DNA of 64,000 bases from Woeseiaceae bacterium (GCA_035655155.1 DASRVH010000107.1:25814-89813), one strand, 5' to 3'. Numbered from the stretch's first letter, positions 46,439 to 60,353 are shown. Notes: generated by a model not told the origin, from the letters alone. A program made the numbers and translations.

Positions 46439-47220
46439 CAGCCGGCCTCCTCAGGTGCGGGCACAGGCAAAAGGAGCAGCTCGGGCGCGATCAGCTCATT
46501 GGCGACGCGCAGGCCCTTCTTGACCTCGTTGCGGTGTTCGTCGGACATATTCCAGGACTTCGCTTCCTGATCCCAGACGCCGGTCATGCTGCCGTCGGCA
46601 CTCTGGAACAGGAGCGCGACGCGGCCGATACGCAGGAACTCGACTTCGCGCACGCCGCCGTCTATCTCGATGGTATCCGTGTACGACTCGATGGTGCGTC
46701 CGAACTCGTTCTCGATCTGAAAGGCCTCCATGACCTTGCGGAACTTCTCCGCCACGGACACGTTCGGCTCGTCCATCAGGTCCTTCAGCGTCTCGATGCG
46801 CTGCGTGCGCTCTTCGAGCAGGAACGGGATATCCAGCTGCACGAACTGTTCCAGACCCTCGATCATCCGCTCCATCAGCGGATAGATCTGGCGGTTGATG
46901 ACGTTCGCCTTGTCGAGTGACTCGTTGATCTCCTCCAGCCGGGCCTGCTGCTTCCCGGTCTGCGCTTCCATCAGCCGGTTGTAGATCTTGAGTCCGTCGA
47001 TTTCCTTGGTGACCGCCTTGTAGTCGTCCACCAGGCTGCGGGTCTGCTGCACCACCCGATCGATCCGCTGCTGCGCCTCCCGGTTCTGAGCGAGCCGCTG
47101 CTGCTCAGCCCTGAGGACGGAATCGACGGTCTGCGCGACAGCGACACCGCCCCCGGCGATCAACGCTGTCGACACGATCGCAACGGCCAGATGCCGTGCT
47201 CCCGAATTCCACGGTTTCAT
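46438..47220 (-). CDS. DUF3450-type periplasmic coiled-coil protein (TtpB-like)
   Basis: ATG 47220 is preceded by AAGGAG. It has a signal peptide (ARHLAVAIVSTALIAGGGVAVAQ) and coiled-coil-like repeats. It is the first gene of the cluster, and its stop shares one base with the next start. Confidence 0.7.
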   Translation of the reverse strand: MKPWNSGARHLAVAIVSTALIAGGGVAVAQTVDSVLRAEQQRLAQNREAQQRIDRVVQQTRSLVDDYKAVTKEIDGLKIYNRLMEAQTGKQQARLEEINESLDKANVINRQIYPLMERMIEGLEQFVQLDIPFLLEERTQRIETLKDLMDEPNVSVAEKFRKVMEAFQIENEFGRTIESYTDTIEIDGGVREVEFLRIGRVALLFQSADGSMTGVWDQEAKSWNMSDEHRNEVKKGLRVANELIAPELLLLPVPAPEEAG

Positions 47221-47250
47221 GAACGCTCCTTGGTTAAGTCCGGACAACAA

Positions 47251-47265
47251 TCTTAATAATTATTC
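47251..47265. promoter_or_regulatory. Fur-box-like AT-rich palindrome upstream of the TonB2-type cluster
   Basis: The minus strand GAATAATTATTAAGA contains the perfect palindrome AATAATTATT (47255..47264). It matches 10 of the 14 defined positions of TGATAATNATTATCA and lies about 30 nt upstream of the first gene. Confidence 0.3.
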
Positions 47266-47618
47266 GTGACAGTTCTTTGAGGCCTGCCCGCGCTGTCTGT
47301 ACCGGCCGTGCAAGCCGGGGTCATGCCAGCAACGGCGCTGCCCCGCGACCACCGGCCATCAACCATACTACAGATGAGACGAAGTGCAGAAACACAGGGG
47401 GGCACTGCCGCAAGCGGCCCGCCCTGCTGTTGCCTGCAGCACTCTCCCCTGCTGCGACTGTGAAGGCCGCCGGTCGAGAACCGGCATCCGCGCCCCCGCC
47501 GCCGCCGCGTTCGGCCATGACCGGTACACGCCGGGCGTCCCGGCCTTACGGCGGGTCACACTGCGGCGAAGCATAACATACGCAATCCGGCACGCCAGTC
47601 CTGACGTCGGGCGCCCGG

Positions 47619-48839
<1,221 letters not shown>

Positions 48840-49062
48840 GCGGACCCCGCTCTGGATGAAGGGAAACGATCTGCGCCGCCGCTATCGCATCGGGTGACCG
48901 CGCGCGGCGCGCAGCCCCGAGAGCATAACGCGGGGTCGAACGACGTGCCAGAGGCCGCCCGGCCGGCAACTCCTCCCCGCAACGATGCTAGACTCTCGCG
49001 CCACGGCGCACCGCCCGTGCCCGCGAGAGCGTCACGCAATCGTCCCTGTCATCGGAGGAAAC

Positions 49063-50040
49063 GTGAAAGCAGCACTATGTAAAGAGTACGGACCGCCCCG
49101 CAGCCTCGTCGTCGAGGAGGTCGACCCGCCGGAACCGGGTCCGGGGGAGGTCAAGGTGAGGGTGCACGCCTGCGGCGTGAACTTTCCCGACATCCTGATG
49201 ATGGCGGGCAAATACCAGTCGAAGCCGCCCATGCCCTTCTCCCCCGGCGGCGAGGTCTCGGGCGAGGTGGTCGGGCTCGGCGAGGGAGTCGAGCGCCTCC
49301 GCCCGGGCCAGCGCGTCCTCGGCATGACCGGCCATGGCGGCATGGCGGAAGAGATCTGCCTGCCGGCAGCCGCCGTCGTGCCGATTCCGGACAACATGGA
49401 CTACGAGACGGCCGCCGGTTTCATACTGACCTACGGCACCTCCTATCACGCACTGAAGCAGCGCGCGCGGCTGCAGTCCGGCGAGACCCTGCTGGTGCTC
49501 GGCGCGGCCGGCGGCGTGGGCCTGGCGGCAGTGGAACTGGGCAAACTCATGGGCGCGCGGGTGATCGCCGCCGCCAGCAGCCAGGAGAAGCTGGAGCTCG
49601 CGGGCGAGTACGGTGCCAGCGACTTCATCAATTACACCGAGGAGAACCTCAAGGAACGGGTCAGGGAACTCACTGACGGCCGGGGCGCCGACGTGATCTA
49701 CGATCCGGTGGGGGGCGACCTGTTCGACCAGTGCATGCGCTCGATCGCCTGGAGGGGCCGCGTGCTTGTCATCGGCTTCGCGTCCGGAGAGATCCCGAAG
49801 GTGCCCGTCAATCTCGCCCTGCTGAAGGGCTGCGAGATCGTCGGCGTGTTCTGGGGGGCCTTCACCCAGCGGGAACCGAAGGCCCACGAGGAAAACACCC
49901 GGGAGCTGCTCGAGTACGTCGGCCAGGGCAAGCTGAAGCCCCATATCTCGGGGACTTTCCCGCTGGAGGAAGCCGGCGAGGCGCTGGCGACGCTGGCCGA
50001 GCGCAAGGCCCTCGGCAAGGTGATCGTTACCGTCGCCTGA
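49063..50040 (+). CDS. NADPH:quinone oxidoreductase, MDR/zeta-crystallin family
   Basis: GTG 49063 is preceded by GGAGGA. VKAALCKEYGPPRSLVVEEV...VKVRVHACGVNFPDILMMAGKYQ, and the nucleotide motif LVLGAAGGVGLAAVELGK. Confidence 0.85.
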   Translation: MKAALCKEYGPPRSLVVEEVDPPEPGPGEVKVRVHACGVNFPDILMMAGKYQSKPPMPFSPGGEVSGEVVGLGEGVERLRPGQRVLGMTGHGGMAEEICLPAAAVVPIPDNMDYETAAGFILTYGTSYHALKQRARLQSGETLLVLGAAGGVGLAAVELGKLMGARVIAAASSQEKLELAGEYGASDFINYTEENLKERVRELTDGRGADVIYDPVGGDLFDQCMRSIAWRGRVLVIGFASGEIPKVPVNLALLKGCEIVGVFWGAFTQREPKAHEENTRELLEYVGQGKLKPHISGTFPLEEAGEALATLAERKALGKVIVTVA

Positions 50041-50104
50041 ACCGGGCGCCCGGGCCGGAATGGTGTCAGGCGCAACTATGCGAGCGAAAACAACAACCTG
50101 GCAG

Positions 50105-50133
50105 TTGACACCCGCGCGGGCATGCAACATTAT
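50105..50133 (+). promoter_or_regulatory. Predicted sigma70 promoter of the leu operon
   Basis: TTGACA (50105..50110), 17 nt, CATTAT (50128..50133). Confidence 0.5.
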
Positions 50134-50140
50134 CGCCGCG

Positions 50141-50248
50141 ATGACCGACGCACCCCGCAGCAACGGACGCCCGACGGCACGCAGCGCGCGTGTCGTTCTG
50201 CTGTCCGGCCTCCTTCTTCTTGCCCTCCCCCGGAGGATGCGCGGGTAG
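50141..50248 (+). CDS. leuL: Leucine-rich leader peptide of the leu operon
   Basis: MTDAPRSNGRPTARSARVVLLSGLLLLALPRRMRG, with 7 Leu codons within 10 codons (50198..50227). The stop is at 50246..50248, 30 nt before a terminator hairpin. The start is uncertain: in-frame upstream starts exist at 50060 and 50078, and no clear SD is present. Confidence 0.65.
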   Translation: MTDAPRSNGRPTARSARVVLLSGLLLLALPRRMRG

Positions 50249-50277
50249 CCGACAGGCAAGGCGAACGAGAAGGCAAA

Positions 50278-50310
50278 CCCCGCATCCGAAAGGTCGCGGG
50301 GTTTTTTTTT
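50278..50310 (+). terminator. leu attenuator (intrinsic terminator)
   Basis: CCCCGCATCC-GAAA-GGTCGCGGGG (6 bp + 2x2 internal loop + 2 bp, GNRA loop) is followed by T9. It ends 14 nt before the leuA ATG. Confidence 0.8.
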
Positions 50311-50323
50311 GATGGAGAGAGCT

Positions 50324-51901
<1,578 letters not shown>

Positions 51902-51925
51902 CGGCCCGGCCGTCAGGAGTTTCGT

Positions 51926-52888
51926 ATGACCATCCATGCGAGCAAGTACATCTGGTTCAACGGCGAGATGGTGCCGTGGGACCAGGCGAAGGTGCACGTC
52001 CTCGCTCACGCCCTGCATTACGGTTCGTCCGTGTTCGAGGGCATCCGCGTCTACAAGACGCCCGCCGGCAGCCGGGTCTTCCGCCTGCAAGACCACATTC
52101 AGCGCATGTACGACTCGGCGAAGATCTACCGCATGCGCATCCCCTATCCGTTCGACGAACTCATGCAGGTGTGCCACCGGGTCGTGATCGACAACGAGCT
52201 GAACAACGGCGCCTACATCCGGCCGGTGGCGCTGCGGGGCTACGGCGAGGTGGGGCTGTCGCCGAAGGACGACCACCCGGTCGACGTCGCCGTCGCCGCC
52301 TGGGAATGGGGCGCGTACCTCGGCGCCGACGGTCTGGAGCAGGGCGTGGACGTCTGCGTCTCTTCCTGGCAGCGGGTCGCCCCGAATACCATGCCGGCCA
52401 TGGCCAAGGCCGGCGGAAACTATCTGTCCAGCCAGCTCATCAGCATGGAGGCCAAGCGGCTCGGTTTCGCCGAGGGCATCGCCCTGTCCACCGACGGCCT
52501 GGTCAGCGAGGGCGCGGGCGAGAATCTGTTCCTGGTGCGCGACGGCACCCTGTACACGCCACCGGTTTCCTCCTCCATCCTGAACGGCATCACCCGCCAC
52601 ACCGTGATCTGCCTGGCGGAGGACGCGGGCCTGCCCGTCGTCTACCAGAACATCCCGCGCGAGATGCTCTACCTCGCGGACGAGCTCTTCTTCACCGGCA
52701 CGGCGGCCGAGGTGACGCCCATCCGCTCGGTGGACCGCATCCAGATCGGCGAAGGCCGCCGGGGGCCGGTTACGGCACGCCTGCAGCAGGCCTTCTTCGG
52801 GCTGTTCTCCGGCGAGACCGCGGATACCCGCGGCTGGCTGGAGCCGGTCGAGGCCGCCGGCGCGGCAGCGGGAGCCGCCAGCGCATGA
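51926..52888 (+). CDS. ilvE: Branched-chain amino acid aminotransferase
   Basis: 320 aa. [35 protein letters not shown], and [28 protein letters not shown] lies upstream. Confidence 0.9.
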   Translation: MTIHASKYIWFNGEMVPWDQAKVHVLAHALHYGSSVFEGIRVYKTPAGSRVFRLQDHIQRMYDSAKIYRMRIPYPFDELMQVCHRVVIDNELNNGAYIRPVALRGYGEVGLSPKDDHPVDVAVAAWEWGAYLGADGLEQGVDVCVSSWQRVAPNTMPAMAKAGGNYLSSQLISMEAKRLGFAEGIALSTDGLVSEGAGENLFLVRDGTLYTPPVSSSILNGITRHTVICLAEDAGLPVVYQNIPREMLYLADELFFTGTAAEVTPIRSVDRIQIGEGRRGPVTARLQQAFFGLFSGETADTRGWLEPVEAAGAAAGAASA

Positions 52889-54309
52889 GCTCGATCGACA
52901 TGAACGGAGCGCAGACCCTGTTCGAGAAGGTGTGGAATCAGCACGTGGTCGTGCCCGAGACCGACGAGACGCCGGCCGTCCTCTACATCGATCTGCACCT
53001 CATCCACGAGGTCACCACACCGCAGGCCTTCAGCGTGCTGCGCGAGCGCGGCCTGCCCGTGCGCCGCCCGGACCTTACGCTGGCGACCATGGACCACTCC
53101 ACGCCGACGACGCCGGTGCGCACGCTCGCCGACATCGAGGTGGTCGGCGAGAGCGCGGCGAACCAGATCCGCCGCATGGAGGCGAACTGCCGGGAATTCG
53201 GCATCGACCTGCTCGGCTTCGACAGCGACGCCCGCGGCATCGTCCACGTCATCGGCCCGGAACTCGGGGCGACCCAGCCCGGCAAGACCATCGTCTGCGG
53301 TGACAGCCATACCTCGACCCACGGGGCCTTCGGGGCGCTGGCGTTCGGCATCGGCACCACCGAAGTGGGCCACGTGCTCGCCACCCAGTGCCTGCTGCAG
53401 CGCCGGCCGAAGACACTGGCCATCGAGGTCACCGGTGAGCTCGGACCCGGCGTCTCCGCCAAGGACATCATCCTCGCCATCATCGGCGAGATCGGGGTCG
53501 ACGGCGGCACGGGCCACGTCATCGAGTACCGGGGCGATGCCATCCGCGCGCTGGACATGGAAGCCCGGATGACCATCTGCAACATGTCCATCGAGGCGGG
53601 CGCACGCGCCGGCATGATCGCGCCGGACGACACCACCTTCGCGTATCTCTGGGGGCGTCCGCGGGTGCCGCAGGGCGAGGAATGGGACCGGGCGCTGGCC
53701 CGCTGGCGCGCGCTCGCCACGGACGACGACGCCGCGTTTGACAGGCAGGTGCGCATCGACGCCTCGCGGCTCGCGCCCATGGTGACCTTCGGCACGAACC
53801 CGGGCATGGTCGTCCCGGTGACCGAGTCCATCCCGGAGGGGCCGGGACCGGCCTTCGCCAAGGCCCTGGACTACATGGGGCTCGAGAGCGGCCGCCCGAT
53901 CGCGGGCACGCCGGTGGACGTCGTCTTCGTCGGCAGCTGCACCAACTCCCGGTTGTCGGACCTGGAACAGGTGGCCGGCATCCTGCGCGGTCGCCGCGTC
54001 GCGGACAACGTCCGCATGCTGGTGGTGCCCGGCTCCCAGCAGGTCAAGCGGCAGGCCGAGGAAAGAGGGCTGGACGAGGTCTTCCGTGCGGCCGGCGCCG
54101 AATGGCGCGAATCCGGGTGCTCCATGTGCCTGGGCATGAACGGCGATACGGTGCCCCGCGGCAAGCTCTCGGTCAGCACCAGCAACCGCAACTTCGAGGG
54201 CCGCCAGGGCGCGGGCGCGCGCACGGTGCTGGCGAGCCCGCTGACGGCCGCCGCCTCCGCCGTCGCAGGCCGCATCGCCGACCCACGGCCGCTGCTGGAA
54301 GGAGTCTGA
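52885..54309 (+). CDS. leuC: 3-isopropylmalate dehydratase large subunit
   Basis: ATG 52885 overlaps the ilvE stop (ATGA). [12 protein letters not shown]...[17 protein letters not shown], with Fe-S ligand regions [12 protein letters not shown] and [10 protein letters not shown]. Confidence 0.95.
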   Translation: MSSIDMNGAQTLFEKVWNQHVVVPETDETPAVLYIDLHLIHEVTTPQAFSVLRERGLPVRRPDLTLATMDHSTPTTPVRTLADIEVVGESAANQIRRMEANCREFGIDLLGFDSDARGIVHVIGPELGATQPGKTIVCGDSHTSTHGAFGALAFGIGTTEVGHVLATQCLLQRRPKTLAIEVTGELGPGVSAKDIILAIIGEIGVDGGTGHVIEYRGDAIRALDMEARMTICNMSIEAGARAGMIAPDDTTFAYLWGRPRVPQGEEWDRALARWRALATDDDAAFDRQVRIDASRLAPMVTFGTNPGMVVPVTESIPEGPGPAFAKALDYMGLESGRPIAGTPVDVVFVGSCTNSRLSDLEQVAGILRGRRVADNVRMLVVPGSQQVKRQAEERGLDEVFRAAGAEWRESGCSMCLGMNGDTVPRGKLSVSTSNRNFEGRQGAGARTVLASPLTAAASAVAGRIADPRPLLEGV

Positions 54310-54313
54310 ATCC

Positions 54314-54898
54314 ATGGAGCCCGTCACCCGCATCGAGTCCCCGACGGTCGTCATCGACCAGAGCGACATCGACACCGACCAGATCATCCCGGCCCGCTTC
54401 CTGACCACGACCAGCAAGGAAGGGCTGGGCGAGGCCCTGTTCGCGGACTGGCGCTACCGCGAGGACGGCGGCGAGAACCAGGACTTCGCGCTGAACGACC
54501 CGCAGAACGCGGGCCGCACGATACTCGTCGCCGGCAATAACTTCGGCTGCGGCTCCTCCCGCGAGCACGCGGCCTGGGCGCTGGCGGACTACGGCATCCG
54601 CGCGGTCATCAGCACCGAGATCGCGGACATCTTCCGCAGCAACGCCCTGAAGAACGGCCTGCTGCCGGTGGACGTGCCCGCCGAGCTGCACCGCTGGCTG
54701 CTGGAGCATCCCGGAGCGAACGTGGTCCTGGACCTCGAGAGCAATACCCTCACCCTGCCCGACGGGCGCGAGCACCGCTTCCGCATCGAGGCCTTCGCCC
54801 GCTACTGCCTGATGCAGGGCACCGACCAGCTCGGCTTCCTGCTGAGCCAGGACGAGGCCATCACCCGGTTCGAGACGACGCGGCCATGGAAGCCCTGA
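54314..54898 (+). CDS. leuD: 3-isopropylmalate dehydratase small subunit
   Basis: 194 aa. [11 protein letters not shown] and [15 protein letters not shown]. Confidence 0.95.
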   Translation: MEPVTRIESPTVVIDQSDIDTDQIIPARFLTTTSKEGLGEALFADWRYREDGGENQDFALNDPQNAGRTILVAGNNFGCGSSREHAAWALADYGIRAVISTEIADIFRSNALKNGLLPVDVPAELHRWLLEHPGANVVLDLESNTLTLPDGREHRFRIEAFARYCLMQGTDQLGFLLSQDEAITRFETTRPWKP

Positions 54899-55953
54899 TC
54901 GCCCTGCTGCCGGGGGACGGCATCGGCCCCGAGGTGACCGAGGCCGGCCGGCGAGCGCTCGACGCCGTGGCGGCGCGGCACGGCCACCGCTTCGAGATGC
55001 ACGAGGGGCTCGTCGGCGGCGGCGCCATCGACGCCCGCGGCAACGCCCTGCCCCGGGACACGCTGGAACTCTGCACCCGCGCCGATGCCGTGCTGCTGGG
55101 GGCCGTCGGCGGGCCGAAATGGTCCGATCCGGAGGCCCCGGTCAGGCCCGAGCAGGGCCTGCTGGATCTGCGCTCGGCGCTGGGCGTCTTCGCCAACCTC
55201 AGGCCCGTGCGGCCGCTGCCGGAGCTGTACGACGCGTCCGCCATCCGCGCCGAACGGCTGCAGGGCACCGACCTCATGGTGGTGCGCGAGCTGACCGGCG
55301 GCATTTATTTCGGCGACAAGCACCGCGACGCCGACAGCGCCTCGGACCTGTGCCGCTACACCCGGCTCGAGATCGAGCGCATCGTCAGGGTGGCCGCCGG
55401 GCTGGCGCGCGACCGGCGCGGCCGGCTCGCCTCGGTGGACAAGGCCAACGTGCTGGAGACCTCCCGCCTGTGGCGGCAGGTCACGACGGAGATCGTCGCC
55501 GCGGAATTCCCCGAGGTGGAGCTGGAACACGTCCTCGTCGATGCCGCCGCGATGCACCTCATCAGCCGGCCGGCCGACTTCGACGTCATCGTCACCGAGA
55601 ACATGTTCGGGGACATCCTCACCGACGAGGCTTCGATGCTGTCCGCCTCGCTGGGCATGCTGCCGTCGGCCTCGCTCGGCGCGGGCACCCGGGGACTGTA
55701 CGAGCCGATCCACGGTTCGGCGCCCGACATCGCCGGCCGGGACGCAGCCAACCCCTGCGCCACGATTGCCAGCGCGGCGATGCTGTTGCGCTACAGCCTC
55801 GGCCTGCACGAGGAGGCGGACGAACTGGATCGCGCCATAGCGGCAGCCATACGCGGCGGCGCCCGCACCACCGACATCGCCTCGCCGGGGCATGCCTTTC
55901 TGGGGACGCGGGAGATGACCGCCGCCGTGATCGAGCGGCTCGGCGAAGACTGA
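54886..55953 (+). CDS. leuB: 3-isopropylmalate dehydrogenase
   Basis: 355 aa. [26 protein letters not shown] and [15 protein letters not shown]. Confidence 0.95.
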   Translation: MEALIALLPGDGIGPEVTEAGRRALDAVAARHGHRFEMHEGLVGGGAIDARGNALPRDTLELCTRADAVLLGAVGGPKWSDPEAPVRPEQGLLDLRSALGVFANLRPVRPLPELYDASAIRAERLQGTDLMVVRELTGGIYFGDKHRDADSASDLCRYTRLEIERIVRVAAGLARDRRGRLASVDKANVLETSRLWRQVTTEIVAAEFPEVELEHVLVDAAAMHLISRPADFDVIVTENMFGDILTDEASMLSASLGMLPSASLGAGTRGLYEPIHGSAPDIAGRDAANPCATIASAAMLLRYSLGLHEEADELDRAIAAAIRGGARTTDIASPGHAFLGTREMTAAVIERLGED

Positions 55954-55974
55954 AGGGCTGCCGAACGGCCGCCT

Positions 55975-58442
<2,468 letters not shown>

Positions 58443-59630
58443 TCAGCCGGCCACCGCCCGCAGGTCGCCCTGCGCGCCCAGGCCGTCCAGCGCCCGCTCG
58501 AGGTCGCCGATCAGGTCCGTCGCCGACTCGATGCCGACGCTCAGCCGGATCAGGCTGTCGCTGATACCGGCCGCGGTGCGGGCCTCCGGCGTCATCGGCG
58601 CATGGGTCATCGTCGCCGGGTGGCAGACCAGGCTCTCGACCCCGCCAAGCGACTCCGCAAGCGAGAAGTGGACGAGGCCCTCCGCGATGCGTCCGGCATC
58701 TTCGATGCCGCCCCTGAGCTCGAAACTGACCATGCCGCCGAAACCGCTTTGCTGCCGCGCGGCGACCAGGTGGCCGGGATGACTCTCCAGCCCGGGGTAA
58801 TAGACCCGCGCCACCCGTTCGTGACCCGCCAGAAACTCCGCCAGCGCCGCCGCGTTCTCCTCGTGCTGGCGCATCCTCGCGAATAGCGTGCGTACGCCTC
58901 GCAGCGTGAGGTAGCTGTCGAACGGCGCTCCCGTTATGCCGATACAGTTCGCCCAGTCGGCGAGTTCCGATGCCAGCGCCTCTTCGCCGGCCACCACCGC
59001 ACCGCCGACCACATCGCTGTGGCCGTTCAGATACTTGGTCGTGGAATGGACCACGAGGTCGGCGCCGAGGGCGAGCGGCTGCTGCAGCGCGGGTGACAGG
59101 AAGGTGTTGTCGACGGCAACCAGAGCGCCGCAGTCCTTCGCCAGGGAGACCACGCGACGGATGTCCGTGATGCGCAGCAACGGGTTGCTCGGCGTCTCCA
59201 CCCAGATCAGCCGCGGTCCCCGGCTGCAGGCCTCTTCCAGCGCGCGGACGTCGGTCTGGTCGACGAACTCCAGGTCGAAGGCACCGCGGTCCGCGAGATT
59301 GCGGAACAGCCGGAAGCTGCCGCCATAGCAGTCGTGGGGCGCGATCAGCAGATCGCCCGGCTTGAGCAGCTGGCAGACCAGCGTAATGGCCGACATCCCG
59401 GACGCGGTCACGACGGCGCCCGCGCCGCCCTCCAGTTCCGTCAGCGCCCGGCCGAGGGCGTCGCGCGTGGGGTTGCCGCTGCGCGTGTAGTCGTACTGAC
59501 GCGGCCGGCCGAAACCCTCGAAGGTGTAATTGGAAGACAGGTGCAGCGGCGGGACGACCGCGCCGTGCTGGGCATCGGATTCCAGCGCCGCGCGCACAGC
59601 CTGGGTTGCACTCTGGGGGCCTTGTGTCAT
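58443..59630 (-). CDS. metB: Cystathionine gamma-synthase (Cys/Met-metabolism PLP enzyme)
   Basis: From ATG 59630 the product is colinear with E. coli MetB as I recall it. Shared blocks are VVPPLHLSSNYTFEGF, YTRSGNPTRDALGRALTELEGGAGAV, HDCYGGSFRLF, HSTTKYLNGHSDV and LAESLGGVESL. MetB versus MetZ specificity is not resolvable by eye. Confidence 0.85.
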   Translation of the reverse strand: MTQGPQSATQAVRAALESDAQHGAVVPPLHLSSNYTFEGFGRPRQYDYTRSGNPTRDALGRALTELEGGAGAVVTASGMSAITLVCQLLKPGDLLIAPHDCYGGSFRLFRNLADRGAFDLEFVDQTDVRALEEACSRGPRLIWVETPSNPLLRITDIRRVVSLAKDCGALVAVDNTFLSPALQQPLALGADLVVHSTTKYLNGHSDVVGGAVVAGEEALASELADWANCIGITGAPFDSYLTLRGVRTLFARMRQHEENAAALAEFLAGHERVARVYYPGLESHPGHLVAARQQSGFGGMVSFELRGGIEDAGRIAEGLVHFSLAESLGGVESLVCHPATMTHAPMTPEARTAAGISDSLIRLSVGIESATDLIGDLERALDGLGAQGDLRAVAG

Positions 59631-59733
59631 GGATGTTCTCCGTCCTGATCGCGGGCCCGGCACTCAGGCGGCCAATCTGCGGAGAACTCGAGGAAGGTGC
59701 CTCGCCCATCGGTATCGCTACCGCTGCTCGGAC

Positions 59734-59854
59734 ACTCATCTTTCGCTCAGCACCGTTTTCGTGCTGCCGCAGGAGTTGGCACCTTTTCAGGCTGGTTAGG
59801 CCTGAAGGTTGCCCCGGCTTCTTCGGGCCCTTCCCTCAGCCGGTCTCGATGAGT
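59734..59854 (-). promoter_or_regulatory. SAM-I (S-box) riboswitch aptamer
   Basis: Minus-strand RNA is ACUCAUCGAGACCGGCUGAGGGAAGGGCCCGAAGAAGCCGGGGCAACCUUCAGGCCUAACCAGCCUGAAAAGGUGCCAACUCCUGCGGCAGCACGAAAACGGUGCUGAGCGAAAGAUGAGU. P1 is ACUCAUC/GAUGAGU. Conserved S-box blocks AUC-AGA, GAGGGA, GGCCC, GCAACC, GGUGCCAA-UCC-GC and GAAAGAU are present, and it sits upstream of metB-metY-metX. Confidence 0.85.
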
Positions 59855-59861
59855 AGCGGCG

Positions 59862-59891
59862 ACTATAGTGGCCGCCCGCGGCCCTCGTCAA
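59862..59891 (-). promoter_or_regulatory. Predicted sigma70 promoter of the met operon
   Basis: The minus strand reads TTGACG (59886..59891), 18 nt, TATAGT (59862..59867). This places the transcription start at about the first base of riboswitch P1. Confidence 0.55.
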
Positions 59892-59951
59892 CCGTTGTTT
59901 GGTTACAGCAGAAATCGTTGCCGCCGTCCGCATGGGGCGCCGCAGACCGTG

Positions 59952-59980
59952 TTGACCGGACCTCCGATTTGCATTAGTGT
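59952..59980 (+). promoter_or_regulatory. Predicted sigma70 promoter of the hisR-like/his operon
   Basis: TTGACC (59952..59957), 17 nt, TAGTGT (59975..59980). Confidence 0.4.
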
Positions 59981-59997
59981 ATTAACACGTTAATACA
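59978..59997. promoter_or_regulatory. Operator-like inverted repeat TGTATTAAC-AC-GTTAATACA
   Basis: Two perfect 9-bp arms separated by 2 bp, in the most AT-rich patch of this intergenic region. It overlaps the predicted -10 and start site and ends 10 nt before the ATG of the TrpR/YerC-like gene. Confidence 0.55.
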
Positions 59998-60007
59998 TTG
60001 GTACGGC

Positions 60008-60316
60008 ATGAAACCCAACCGCGAGACGAGTGCGCGCCGGGCGGCGCGCGAGCAGGCGGCGCTGTGCGAGGCACTGGTCGCGATGCGCGGCGCCGACGAG
60101 ATGCGCGCCCTGCTCGCCGACCTGTGCACCCCTGCCGAACTGCAGGCACTCGTCGACCGCTGGCGTGTGGTGCAACTGCTCGACGAAGGCCTGCCCTATC
60201 GCCGGATCAACGAGCTGACCGGCGTCAGCGTGACGACCATCGGTCGGGTGGCGCGGTTTCTCGCCGACGGTTTCGGCGGCTACCGCACGGCGCTGGAGCG
60301 AACCCGCAAGGACTGA
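60008..60316 (+). CDS. TrpR-like YerC/YecD-family DNA-binding protein (HisR-like candidate his repressor)
   Basis: 102 aa. LADLCTPAELQALVDRWRVVQLLDEGLPYRRINELTGVSVTTIGRVARFL is the YerC/YecD (Trp repressor-like) HTH pattern. It sits immediately upstream of hisG. Confidence 0.75.
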   Translation: MKPNRETSARRAAREQAALCEALVAMRGADEMRALLADLCTPAELQALVDRWRVVQLLDEGLPYRRINELTGVSVTTIGRVARFLADGFGGYRTALERTRKD

Positions 60317-60353
60317 CACGGAGCCGCCGAAGCGCCTCCCCGAGGAACCCCGA

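Noticed and set aside
47395-47425. B12-box-like GGCACTGCC and a possible cobalamin riboswitch upstream of the TonB cluster
   Set aside because: It mismatches the GCCACTG core, lies on the strand opposite to the downstream genes, and no surrounding conserved cobalamin-aptamer blocks are visible.
60317-60353. Search for a histidine leader peptide or attenuator in front of hisG
   Set aside because: The gap is only 37 nt, with no His-codon run and no terminator hairpin. Regulation more likely occurs at the upstream palindrome/promoter.
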